Positions 21,490-30,872 of a stretch of 64,000 nt of DNA are shown one piece after another. Each line of letters begins with the position of its first letter. The stretch's first letter is position 1. This DNA is from Candidatus Cloacimonadales bacterium (GTDB lineage Bacteria > Cloacimonadota > Cloacimonadia > Cloacimonadales > JAFGVF01), in the NCBI GenBank assembly GCA_963677495.2, contig CAXXOU010000004.1:1152001-1216000 (forward strand), read 5' to 3'. The notes below the pieces were generated by a model that worked only from the letters and a program-made list of their open reading frames with translations, did not search any database and had not been told where the DNA came from. A program made the translations under genes and the position numbers.

Positions 21490-22848
21490 CTAAATCTTAA
21501 ATTTATCGTCCCGAGATGAAACATAAGCATCGACTCTATCTTGCTTATCCTGATAGTCTGGATGCCCCATAAGAGCATATGTAGCAACCTTCCCAGCCTC
21601 CACACCCGGTTGGTCAAGCGGATTAATGTTCAAAAGGTATCCTGTCAAGACAGTTGTTAGTTCATATAGATAAATAAATTCACCTAAGTTATATTCATCG
21701 ATAACCGGAAGAGAGAGAGTGCAGTTAGGGCAACCTGCTTCAGTGAGTGCAATCTCAGTTGCAAGTTGTTCTGTGTTAAGTAGTTCACTGATAGGTTTAT
21801 CTGCAAGGAAATTAGTTGTTAGTTCATCGGGATAAAGATTTGGAATAATGTAGTCATGCCTAAATTCTTCAACACGTAGGAAAGTAACAATCTTATCATG
21901 AGGACCTTCAGCATAGAGCTGGACCTGAGAGTGTTGGTCAGTTGAGCCTAAACTCTTTGCCGGAGTTTGACCGACACGTACTTCGTTTCCGTTATTGTCT
22001 AACTTCTTACCTAAACTTTCCCCCCATAATTGTCTATACCAGTCAGCCATATCATACAGTGAGTTTGAGTATGGCATCATAACTGAGATATTAAAGCCTT
22101 TATCCATAAGAAGTTTATGAGTAAGAGCTAGCATCATGGCAGGATTCTGCATGAAGTCTTGATTACGACACTTTTCTCGCATAGCTTTAGCACCATCTAA
22201 TAGCCGGTCAATATTCACTCCTGCAAATGCAAGAGGAACAAGTCCTACATCGGTGAGTACAGAGAATCTTCCACCTACGTTTCCAGGAACTGTAAATGAT
22301 GGTAAGTTTTCCCATTTAGTCAATCTTCTAAGGAAACCTTTCTCCTTATCGGTTGTGACTAACAGATGCTTTTTGTAGTCTTTTGGATAAGCTTCTTTTA
22401 GAATCTTGTGAACAATAAGGAATTGTGATAAAGTTTCTGCAGTTCCACCGGATTTGGTGATAACGTTGAAAATGGTTCTTTTTAACTCAATCTTTTCAAG
22501 TGTCTCATACAACAAAGTAGGGTCAACATTATCACAGACATAAACTTTGTTGACAAGTGAACGAGTTGTTTTTAAAGCTTTGTAAATAGCTGTAGTACCT
22601 AAAGCAGAGCCACCAATACCTAAAACAACAAAAGTATCTATGTCAGGAGAAACTGTCTTTACATATTCGTTAATTTCAGATGTATCGTAGTCAGGTAAAT
22701 AATCGAAACCTAAGACATTGTTCTCAACTTCACTTAGAAAATGTTTGAAAACTTTCTCAGCTTCAGGAAGAGAACTCTTAATATCTTCTAAAGAAATTCC
22801 CTTATCTTTGTTAGGTAAGTTAAGTAGATTTTGATATGATAATTTCAT
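21490..22848 (-). CDS. pgi: Glucose-6-phosphate isomerase
   Basis: VLGIGGSALG, TKSGGTAET, VGGRFSVL, QLWGESLGK, DQHSQVQ, DQPGVEAGK. Confidence 0.95.
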   Translation of the reverse strand: MKLSYQNLLNLPNKDKGISLEDIKSSLPEAEKVFKHFLSEVENNVLGFDYLPDYDTSEINEYVKTVSPDIDTFVVLGIGGSALGTTAIYKALKTTRSLVNKVYVCDNVDPTLLYETLEKIELKRTIFNVITKSGGTAETLSQFLIVHKILKEAYPKDYKKHLLVTTDKEKGFLRRLTKWENLPSFTVPGNVGGRFSVLTDVGLVPLAFAGVNIDRLLDGAKAMREKCRNQDFMQNPAMMLALTHKLLMDKGFNISVMMPYSNSLYDMADWYRQLWGESLGKKLDNNGNEVRVGQTPAKSLGSTDQHSQVQLYAEGPHDKIVTFLRVEEFRHDYIIPNLYPDELTTNFLADKPISELLNTEQLATEIALTEAGCPNCTLSLPVIDEYNLGEFIYLYELTTVLTGYLLNINPLDQPGVEAGKVATYALMGHPDYQDKQDRVDAYVSSRDDKFKI

Positions 22849-22876
22849 AGTTGTCTCCGTACTTGAATAGGTGTTG

Positions 22877-24502
22877 TTAAAGGTTAATATTTCTAATTGT
22901 TTCTTTTATTTTTGCGAATTTAGCAGGCCCGGTACTAAGCGACCTGAAACCTAGTTTTAGTAAAGTCTCTATATACTCAGGATTCGATGCCATTTCTCCG
23001 CAAAGACCAACCGGTATCCCCCATTCTTTTGCACTGTTTAAAGTCATTTTCATTAACTTCAAAACAGCCGGGTGATTAGGTTTATACAGATTTGCTATTG
23101 TTGAATTGTTTCTATCAACTGCAACAGTATATTGTGTCAGGTCATTGGAACCGATACTAAAGAAATCACATACTTCTGCAAGCTCTGAAGAGGTTAATGC
23201 TGCTGAGGGCACTTCTATCATTGTACCAAACTTGTTGCTATTACTAAACTCAATATTGTCAGATTCGAGCTCAGTTACACACTCTTTTACAATCGACATT
23301 GCACTATTATAGTCTTCAATATCATTAATCATTGGGAACATCACCCATAACTTACCATAGAGTCCCGCTCTTAGTAACGCTCTTATTTGAGTTTTAAACA
23401 TTTCAGGCTTAAGGAGTGATAGCCTAATCCCACGGCAACCCAAATAGGGATTATCTTCATCCCAAGTTTCATCAGAAGCAAACTTATCTCCACCTAAATC
23501 CATGGTTCTTATTATTACAGGCTTATCCTTCATTCTTTCTAAAACTTTTTTGTATACTTCGAATTGAGCTTGTTCTGTTGGTAGCATATCTGTTTCTAAA
23601 TATAGAAACTCAGTCCGAAATAGACCGATTCCATCAGAGTTCAAAGCCTCTATCCTATCTAACTCTTCCGGTAGCTCCATGTTCACTGAAAGTGAGATTT
23701 TTGTACCATCTAATGTTTGTGTTTCTAGATTGATTATTTCTTTAAGTTTTGCTTGTTCTAAAGCTTCTTCTTGCAACTCAATTTCATATACTTTTAAAGT
23801 ATCAGCATCAGGTTCAACAATTACAACACCTTCATTCCCATCTACAAGTAGAAGGTCACCGGTTGCTATCTTGGATTTGATATTCTTGAGTTCGGTAACT
23901 AATGTAATACCCATTGAACGTGCTAGAATTGAACTATGTGAAGTCTCTGATCCATGTTCTGTACATATGCATGATACTTTATTATTGAACAGGCTGATGA
24001 TTTGAGAGGGAATTACTTCATTCAAGACAGGAATTTCACTTGCTGTAATATTGCTTAAGTCAGAGTTAGATTTACCTGTTAGATGTGTTAATAATCGTTC
24101 ATTTATATCTGCGTAATCATCAGCTCTCTGTCTGAAATACTCATCTTCCATAGACTTAAAATATTCGACCATATACGAGAAATGCTTATTTAGAGCAGAC
24201 TCCAAACAGACTAAATCCTTGCTCAAAGAGTTTTCAATTGCTTTATGGAACTCGGGGTCTTCCATAATCATAATATGCGAATTAAGAATCTCTTGATCGC
24301 TTACAGCCAAGCTTAAATCGTCAAGAAGCCCTTTAGTATCTTTGATAATATGTTCAATCGCTGAAAGAAACCTTTGCCATTCAGAATCAACATCCGATGA
24401 ACTTATAGTCTGGTGGTCTACAACTAACTGAGTGGAATCAATAACCCTGGCAATGCCCTTATGCAAACCTCCTGAAATAGCCTTTCCAAGAAGTCTGGTC
24501 AT
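22877..24502 (-). CDS. ptsI: PTS enzyme I
   Basis: TSHSSILARS phospho-His motif, GIGLFRTEFL, RTMDLGGDK, GTMIEVP, SIGSNDLTQY, GLCGEMA. Confidence 0.95.
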   Translation of the reverse strand: MTRLLGKAISGGLHKGIARVIDSTQLVVDHQTISSSDVDSEWQRFLSAIEHIIKDTKGLLDDLSLAVSDQEILNSHIMIMEDPEFHKAIENSLSKDLVCLESALNKHFSYMVEYFKSMEDEYFRQRADDYADINERLLTHLTGKSNSDLSNITASEIPVLNEVIPSQIISLFNNKVSCICTEHGSETSHSSILARSMGITLVTELKNIKSKIATGDLLLVDGNEGVVIVEPDADTLKVYEIELQEEALEQAKLKEIINLETQTLDGTKISLSVNMELPEELDRIEALNSDGIGLFRTEFLYLETDMLPTEQAQFEVYKKVLERMKDKPVIIRTMDLGGDKFASDETWDEDNPYLGCRGIRLSLLKPEMFKTQIRALLRAGLYGKLWVMFPMINDIEDYNSAMSIVKECVTELESDNIEFSNSNKFGTMIEVPSAALTSSELAEVCDFFSIGSNDLTQYTVAVDRNNSTIANLYKPNHPAVLKLMKMTLNSAKEWGIPVGLCGEMASNPEYIETLLKLGFRSLSTGPAKFAKIKETIRNINL

Positions 24503-24768
24503 TATTCCTCTCCAAATTTACTTTCGAAAAGGTCTAAGAGATCCTTTATCAGGTATTCTTCATCAACACCATCTGCTTGGAGAGTAATCTTAGAATTGAA
24601 TTCGGCAGCAAGCATCATCACACCCATAATACTCTTACCATTAATCTCCATTCCATCTTTTATAATTGCAAGTTCTGAACGATATTTCGTTGCTGTTTTG
24701 ACTAATAAAGCAGAAGGTCTGGTATGAAGACCTAGTTTGTTACTGACTGTTACTTCTTTACTTATCAT
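24502..24768 (-). CDS. ptsH: Phosphocarrier HPr
   Basis: GLHTRPS (His15), GKSIMGVM (Ser46). Confidence 0.95.
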   Translation of the reverse strand: MISKEVTVSNKLGLHTRPSALLVKTATKYRSELAIIKDGMEINGKSIMGVMMLAAEFNSKITLQADGVDEEYLIKDLLDLFESKFGEE

Positions 24769-24781
24769 ATTTACCCTAAAT

Positions 24782-25720
24782 TTAATTGTGAGTTTTACGC
24801 TTTATCTCTGCATTGAGAATATTAGCATAGTCTTCTGCTGCATGGTAACCATTTTTCTTAAGAATATAGTTCATGACAGCAACTTCAATTATAACAGAAA
24901 CATTCTTACCGGGTGATACTGGTAGATTAATACAAGGTATATTCACACCTAGATGGTCAACCCAGTTTGAAACTAATCCGAGCCTTTCGTAATCAAAGTT
25001 CTCTTTCCAAGGCATTAACTCAATCTGTAAGTCAATACTATGTTTAAACCTGACTCTTTGGATACCAAACATTTTCTCAATGTTGATGATACCAACACCT
25101 CTTATTTCCATGAAATGCCCAAACTTTTGAGGAGGCATGCCAACAAGAGAGTCATTCAGAACTTTAATAGTAACTGTATCATCCGTTACAAGTCCGTGTC
25201 CCCTTGTAACTAAGTCTAGAGCACATTCACTCTTACCGATACCACTTTTACCGGTAAGCATAACACCAACTCCAAATACATCGACTAAAGTACCATGGAT
25301 GGTCTTTTCAGACGCGAAGTAGTTATTCAAGTATCTGGCTAATCCATTGTAAAGCTTAATTGTGCTTAGTCTACTTGAGAGGATAGCAATATTCATATTG
25401 TTAGCTAAATCAATAACAATATATGGCAAGGTAAGACCCTTACTAACAATAATACATGGGATGCTGTAGGAGAAAATATCTTTAACCTTCTCGTATAGTT
25501 CATCCTCGCTTAATGATTGTAAGTATATTACTTCAGTTTCACCTAAAATCTGAATTCTATCAAAGGCAAACCGATCTAGAAATCCAGCTAATGCAAGCCC
25601 TGGTCTATTCAAGTGTGCAAAATTAATCTGGTTTTCAAGAGTCTTTTCATCGCTAACGGGAGCTAATGCTAAATCATCCTTTTTATGTTGGAGAAGATGG
25701 CGAACAGTATAGTTTTTCAT
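24782..25720 (-). CDS. hprK: HPr kinase/phosphorylase
   Basis: NRPGLALAG, HGTLVDVFGVG, GKSGIGKSECAL, LVTDD, MEIRGVGII. Confidence 0.95.
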   Translation of the reverse strand: MKNYTVRHLLQHKKDDLALAPVSDEKTLENQINFAHLNRPGLALAGFLDRFAFDRIQILGETEVIYLQSLSEDELYEKVKDIFSYSIPCIIVSKGLTLPYIVIDLANNMNIAILSSRLSTIKLYNGLARYLNNYFASEKTIHGTLVDVFGVGVMLTGKSGIGKSECALDLVTRGHGLVTDDTVTIKVLNDSLVGMPPQKFGHFMEIRGVGIINIEKMFGIQRVRFKHSIDLQIELMPWKENFDYERLGLVSNWVDHLGVNIPCINLPVSPGKNVSVIIEVAVMNYILKKNGYHAAEDYANILNAEIKRKTHN

Positions 25721-25725
25721 AGAAT

Positions 25726-25750
25726 AAAACCGCGGGGAGTAACTCCCCGC
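25726..25750 (-). terminator. Hairpin/terminator between hpf and hprK
   Basis: GCGGGGAG-TTA-CTCCCCGC followed by GGTTTTA on the minus strand. Confidence 0.55.
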
Positions 25751-25759
25751 ATTAATAGT

Positions 25760-26287
25760 TTAAGGCTCTAAAAGTTTATAATGTGCATCGTCTTTACGAA
25801 CGAGGACATTTATACGGTCAGTTTCGATGTTTTTAAAAATAAGGAAATACTCTTTTGAATCATCAAGTTTTTCTACAGCCTCATCAGTACTCATATACTC
25901 AGGGATAACTCTCTTAGTTTTGATAAGTTTCTTTTCAGAATCTTCTCTCTTATAGAGATAAGTTCTAGAGAAACCGGAGTTCTCGAGTAAACTTTTCTTT
26001 TTGTGGTCTGTAACCTTATCTTTGAGTTTCTTTAATTGATGTTCCATGCGGTCAATGGTAGTATCTATTGCTAGATACATATCATTTTCCTCTGATTCAC
26101 TTTGAAGGTTGAACTTGGAAGCATGCAAACTAATCTCACAATTATTACGCGTGTTATCGAGCGTTAAAGTAACGTGTAGATTAATAATTTGATCAAAATA
26201 ACGCTCCAATTTCTCGCAAGCTGATTCAACGTGGTCACGAATTGCTTTAGTGAGTTCAAAATGGCGAGCTGTGATTGTGATTTGCAT
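25760..26287 (-). CDS. hpf: Ribosome hibernation promoting factor (long HPF)
   Basis: MQITITARHFELTKAIRDH..KLERYFD, DMYLAID..QLKKLK, C-terminal MSTDEA..NVLVRK. Confidence 0.92.
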   Translation of the reverse strand: MQITITARHFELTKAIRDHVESACEKLERYFDQIINLHVTLTLDNTRNNCEISLHASKFNLQSESEENDMYLAIDTTIDRMEHQLKKLKDKVTDHKKKSLLENSGFSRTYLYKREDSEKKLIKTKRVIPEYMSTDEAVEKLDDSKEYFLIFKNIETDRINVLVRKDDAHYKLLEP

Positions 26288-26296
26288 AAATTCCTC

Positions 26297-27160
26297 CTAT
26301 CTTTTGATAAATTCTCTTGCGTTCTCTGCGTGATATGAGCTCCTAACTAATGGTCCGGATTCAACTAATAAGAATCCAAGTTCCAACCCTATCTTCTGAT
26401 ATGTCGCAAATTGGTCCGGATGTACATATTCAACTACCGGATGATGCTTTTCAGAAGGGGCTAGATACTGTCCAATAGTCAGGATGTTACAATCAACGCT
26501 CCGCAAGTCTTTCATGAGATTAATAACTTCGTCCTCAGTTTCACCCAATCCGACCATAATCCCACTTTTTGTAAGGATGTTTGCATCATACTCTTTTGAT
26601 CTTCTCAGTAGTTCTAAGGATCTATCGTAATCTGCCATTGGTCTGACGTCAGGGTATAGTCTTCGGACTGTTTCTAAATTATGATTTAATATGTCAGGAG
26701 AGGCATCAAGAATCGAGATAAGACTCTTCCTGTCTCCCTGGAGATCTGATATCAATACTTCTACAGTTACATCTTCTGTCATATCATGTACTGCATTGAG
26801 TGTCTTGACGAACTGGTCTGCACCACCATCCTCAAGATCATCTCTAGTTACAGTTGTAATGACAAGATGTTTCAGATTAAACTGCATAGAAAGTTTTGCA
26901 ATATTTTCAGGTTCTTTAGGATCAGGCACTAGTAACGCATCCTTATCCTTTTTCACTGCACAGAACTTACAATTTCTTGTACACACTTCACCGAGTATCA
27001 TCACTGTAGCAGTGCCTCTGTCGAAGCACTCTCCCCTATTAGGGCAATGAGCACTTTCACAGACAGTATGTAAGTTAAGCTTCTTAAGATAAGCGTTTAT
27101 TTCTGAAGCTTTCTTAGATCCTAATCTATTCGCTTTGAGCCACTTTGGTTTTCTTTCCAT
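26297..27160 (-). CDS. lipA: Lipoyl synthase
   Basis: TVCESAHCPNRGEC, CTRNCKFC, RDDLEDGGA, NHNLETV, LVRSSYHA. Confidence 0.96.
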   Translation of the reverse strand: MERKPKWLKANRLGSKKASEINAYLKKLNLHTVCESAHCPNRGECFDRGTATVMILGEVCTRNCKFCAVKKDKDALLVPDPKEPENIAKLSMQFNLKHLVITTVTRDDLEDGGADQFVKTLNAVHDMTEDVTVEVLISDLQGDRKSLISILDASPDILNHNLETVRRLYPDVRPMADYDRSLELLRRSKEYDANILTKSGIMVGLGETEDEVINLMKDLRSVDCNILTIGQYLAPSEKHHPVVEYVHPDQFATYQKIGLELGFLLVESGPLVRSSYHAENAREFIKR

Positions 27161-28561
27161 TTATAATTTATGTACCGATAACCCATCAACATCTTCAACC
27201 GATTCCATTACACATTCAGCAAGTGTTGGATGTGCAAAAACTATCTTTTCAACGTCATGAGTTGTTGCTTGTTTTCCGATTAAGATCGCACCTTGTGCAA
27301 TCATTTCTGTGGCATTGGGACCGATGATATGCATGCCGACAATTTTTCCTGAGTGTTTTTCAGCTATTGTTTTTACGAATCCAAAGGTATCACCAATTGC
27401 CATTGCCTTACCTGATGCAGAGAATGGGAATTTACCGATTTCTATTTCTTCGTACATCTCCTGAGCTTCTACAGTTGTTAAACCAACAGAACCAATTTCA
27501 GGATGTGTAAAAGTGCATCTTGGTATATCTTTATAATCAAGTTTGAATGATTCGAAATCTACTCCATTAACTAATTTATTAATCTGGGATGCCACCATTA
27601 GTCCTTGCTTGCTAGCTGTATGTGCAAGCATCAACTTAGCTGTGTTATCACCAATAGCCCAGATATTCTCTACTCCGGTTTTCATCTCATCATCAATATT
27701 AAGAGCACCCTTTTCAATAGTTACGCTACAATTTTTCATTTCGATATTGTTAACTGGTGCACGTCCTACACTAACTAAAACTTTCTCAACTGCTATTTCC
27801 TTACTATTCGAGAGTTTAAGAAGAATACCTTCTTCTTGCTTCTCATAGGCTTCTACAGCTGATTTAGTCATAACTTTGATTCCTGATTTCTTTAAGGCAA
27901 CTGCAAGTCTTTTAGAAATCTCTTCATCTTCGAAAGGAACAAGTTTTGGAAGGAACTCAATAACTGTAACTTGAACTCCCATAGCATTGTATATTGAAGC
28001 AAACTCACACCCTATAACACCACCACCAACTACAGCCAATGATTTGGGAAGTTCTTTCATCTCAAGAATATGGTCTGAAGAAAGAATATTTTCTCCATCG
28101 AATGGCATGAATGGGAGTTCTTTTGGTTGAGAGCCTGTTGCAAGGACAACATAGTCAGCACTATATTCTTCACTATCATTTGTACTAATTACGAACAACT
28201 TATCCCTCTTTTCAATTGAGATAACTTCTTGCTTAATTACAGGTATCTTCTGCTTTGAATAAAGCTTTTCAATTCCCGATACAAGATTCTCAACAATGTT
28301 ATTCTTTCTTTCGAATACTTGATTATAATCTACATCAAAATCCGGAATAACCAAGCCATAAGATTGGGATTTTTTAACTTCACTATATAATTCTGCAACT
28401 TTCACAAGTGCTTTTGTAGGAATACAACCACGATTCAGACAAACACCACCAAGGCGTTCCTTTTCGAAAACAACAGTTTCTATGTTGTAACGGTGCAAGC
28501 GTAACCCGGTAACATAACCACCTGGTCCACCACCAATTATCGCAACTTTATAATGTGTCAA
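27161..28561 (-). CDS. lpdA: Dihydrolipoyl dehydrogenase
   Basis: GGGPGGY, GGVCLNRGCIPTK, GGGVIGCEFA, LAHTA, AHPTLAE. Confidence 0.95.
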   Translation of the reverse strand: MTHYKVAIIGGGPGGYVTGLRLHRYNIETVVFEKERLGGVCLNRGCIPTKALVKVAELYSEVKKSQSYGLVIPDFDVDYNQVFERKNNIVENLVSGIEKLYSKQKIPVIKQEVISIEKRDKLFVISTNDSEEYSADYVVLATGSQPKELPFMPFDGENILSSDHILEMKELPKSLAVVGGGVIGCEFASIYNAMGVQVTVIEFLPKLVPFEDEEISKRLAVALKKSGIKVMTKSAVEAYEKQEEGILLKLSNSKEIAVEKVLVSVGRAPVNNIEMKNCSVTIEKGALNIDDEMKTGVENIWAIGDNTAKLMLAHTASKQGLMVASQINKLVNGVDFESFKLDYKDIPRCTFTHPEIGSVGLTTVEAQEMYEEIEIGKFPFSASGKAMAIGDTFGFVKTIAEKHSGKIVGMHIIGPNATEMIAQGAILIGKQATTHDVEKIVFAHPTLAECVMESVEDVDGLSVHKL

Positions 28562-30012
28562 TTTCGCCTCCTAAGTCGACTATTCAGGATTCCCATTTCA
28601 TCTCTATATTTTGCAACTATACGCCTTGAGATAAACATCTCATCTTTTCTAAGCATTTCAACTAATGCTTGGTCGCTATAAGGATGTAATGAGTCTTCCT
28701 CTTCTATATATTTAGCTATACAAGTTTTCACTCTTTGTCTTGAAACTGATTCAAAGTTCGTATCTTGCCCTGCAGTAGAACTAAAAAATTTCTTTAATGG
28801 TATAACTCCAAAGGGAGTATCAGCGTACTTATCCTTAACAACTCTTGAAATTGTAGATTCGCTAATTCCTAAATCTTCTGCTATCACTGCATAGGTCATT
28901 GGATGCAAAACTCTGTCGTTATTATAAAAAAAATCCTGTTGATGCCTGATAATAGCTTTTACTACTCGTTCCATCGTTCTACGTCTCATATAGATGGATT
29001 TAATAAGGAACCTGGCAGAATTAACTTTATCTCTAACATACTTCACAGTTTCTTTATCCTGCTTATTTGAATGGATCATTTTTCGATAATGTGAGTTAAT
29101 ACCTAAATTTGGTGAGTAAAAGTCGTTGATTATTACTTCATACTCATCTTCAATCATTTTTATTATCACATCAGGAGTAACATAATCTTCTGCAACTTCA
29201 GAGATTCTTAAACCCGGTTTAGGATCACACTTTGCTATTATATCCCTAATTTTTATTATATAATCTTGAGAAACCTGATATTTCGGAGCTATTTTATGGT
29301 ACCTTCTGTGTATTAGGTTTTCAAAATCCTCTTTTACTATTCGAAGTATAATAGAGTCCTCTGCGTGCTGATCTTTCAATTGAACTAGAAGGCATTCATT
29401 TATCGAACGAGAAGTAATACCTTTCGGTGAGAGATTTAGAACTTGATTATGAAGTTCATCAGCCCTATATTGAGTAATGTCATACTCCTTAGCAACCGCA
29501 TAAAGGTCATAGTCTTCAGATAAGAAACCATATGTGTTACAACTCTCAATCATATCATTAACAAAATCGTTCTCATTCTCCTGTAGATTAAGATAGTGAA
29601 GTTGTTCTACATACTCCGCACGACGGTTTACTTTTGCTTTTAAAACTATTTCAGTCTTATCATCACTATCCCTATATTTTGACTTGTTATAACCGTTGTA
29701 CTCATTCCAAGAGTCAAGAATTTCACTTAGTTCATTAACTTCGTTAGCAGTTTCTTTATCCTCTGCTGTTTGAGTATCTTCACTAGTTTCCTGTTTTTCT
29801 TGTTCTTTCTTTTCCTCATCTTTACGCTCCTCTTCACCTTCCGGGTCAAATTCGCGCAGTTCAAGAAGTGGATTAGTTGTCAGTTCGGACTTAAGGAATT
29901 GTTCAAGTTCAAGACGTGTCATTGTAAGAAGCTTCAAAGATTGAAGCATCTTTGGCTTCAATACAGTTTGTTGAAGCTGTTTATGTGATAATATCTGATG
30001 TATTCCGCTCAT
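28558..30012 (-). CDS. rpoN: RNA polymerase sigma-54 factor
   Basis: QSLKLL, NPLLE, DPKPG, PDVII, ESTISR, RpoN-box-like SRRIVAKYR. Confidence 0.95.
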   Translation of the reverse strand: MSGIHQILSHKQLQQTVLKPKMLQSLKLLTMTRLELEQFLKSELTTNPLLELREFDPEGEEERKDEEKKEQEKQETSEDTQTAEDKETANEVNELSEILDSWNEYNGYNKSKYRDSDDKTEIVLKAKVNRRAEYVEQLHYLNLQENENDFVNDMIESCNTYGFLSEDYDLYAVAKEYDITQYRADELHNQVLNLSPKGITSRSINECLLVQLKDQHAEDSIILRIVKEDFENLIHRRYHKIAPKYQVSQDYIIKIRDIIAKCDPKPGLRISEVAEDYVTPDVIIKMIEDEYEVIINDFYSPNLGINSHYRKMIHSNKQDKETVKYVRDKVNSARFLIKSIYMRRRTMERVVKAIIRHQQDFFYNNDRVLHPMTYAVIAEDLGISESTISRVVKDKYADTPFGVIPLKKFFSSTAGQDTNFESVSRQRVKTCIAKYIEEEDSLHPYSDQALVEMLRKDEMFISRRIVAKYRDEMGILNSRLRRRN

Positions 30013-30015
30013 TTT

Positions 30016-30768
30016 TTATTCATCTAATAGAGGATTATGTAGGAAGTTTTCTCCTAGATAAACCTTTCTTGCTTGTTCGTCATTTACTAAATCTTTGGAT
30101 TCTCCAGAAAAGATAATCTTTCCCTCAGAAACAATATAAGCACGATTAACAATTTTCAAAGTTTCTAATACATTATGATCGGTAATCAATATACCGATAT
30201 TCTTCTCTTTAAGTTTTTCCACAATGTTTTGAATATCAGCAACCGCTATTGGGTCAACTCCGGCAAACGGTTCATCCATAAAAAGAAACGACGGATTTGT
30301 AACCAATGATCGTGTTATTTCGAGCTTACGTCTTTCTCCACCTGATAAAGTATATGCTTTTTGCTTAGCAAGTTTCGTTAAGTTAAGTTCTTCTAAATGT
30401 TCTTCAAGTCTTCTAACTCTCTCTTTCCTACTGATTTTTAGCGTTTGAAGTATTGCCATTATATTTTCTTCAACAGTCATTTTATGGAAGATTGAGGGTG
30501 CTTGAGCTAGATAACTAATTCCTAATCGAGCTCTTTTATACATTGGCCATTTAGTAATTTCCTGATCATTAAACATGACCTTACCTTCATTAGGTTTAGT
30601 TAATCCTATAATCATGTAGAACGAAGTTGTTTTGCCTGCACCATTGGGTCCAAGTACACCAACAACTTCTCCTTGGGTTATCTCTACCGAGAGTTCATTT
30701 ACAACTCTTCGCTTTCCATATATCTTAACAAGCTTCTCTGCTCGTATGTAGTTTTTGCCATCAATCAT
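30016..30768 (-). CDS. lptB: LPS export ABC ATPase
   Basis: GPNGAGKTTSFYMI, MYKRARLGI, LSGGERRKLEI, DEPFAGVDP, ITDHNV. Confidence 0.96.
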   Translation of the reverse strand: MIDGKNYIRAEKLVKIYGKRRVVNELSVEITQGEVVGVLGPNGAGKTTSFYMIIGLTKPNEGKVMFNDQEITKWPMYKRARLGISYLAQAPSIFHKMTVEENIMAILQTLKISRKERVRRLEEHLEELNLTKLAKQKAYTLSGGERRKLEITRSLVTNPSFLFMDEPFAGVDPIAVADIQNIVEKLKEKNIGILITDHNVLETLKIVNRAYIVSEGKIIFSGESKDLVNDEQARKVYLGENFLHNPLLDE

Positions 30769-30774
30769 GTATCT

Positions 30775-30803
30775 TTTATACTAAAAATAAGGAATAATGT
30801 CAA
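30775..30803 (-). promoter_or_regulatory. Sigma70-type promoter upstream of lptB
   Basis: TTGACA (30803-30798), 17 nt, TATAAA (30780-30775), then 6 nt to the ATG. Confidence 0.65.
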
Positions 30804-30872
30804 GCCCTATTCGTGTTTTTTATGAATTATTTATAATTGTTTATTGCAATTGGAACTTTTCTTGCTTGTAAG

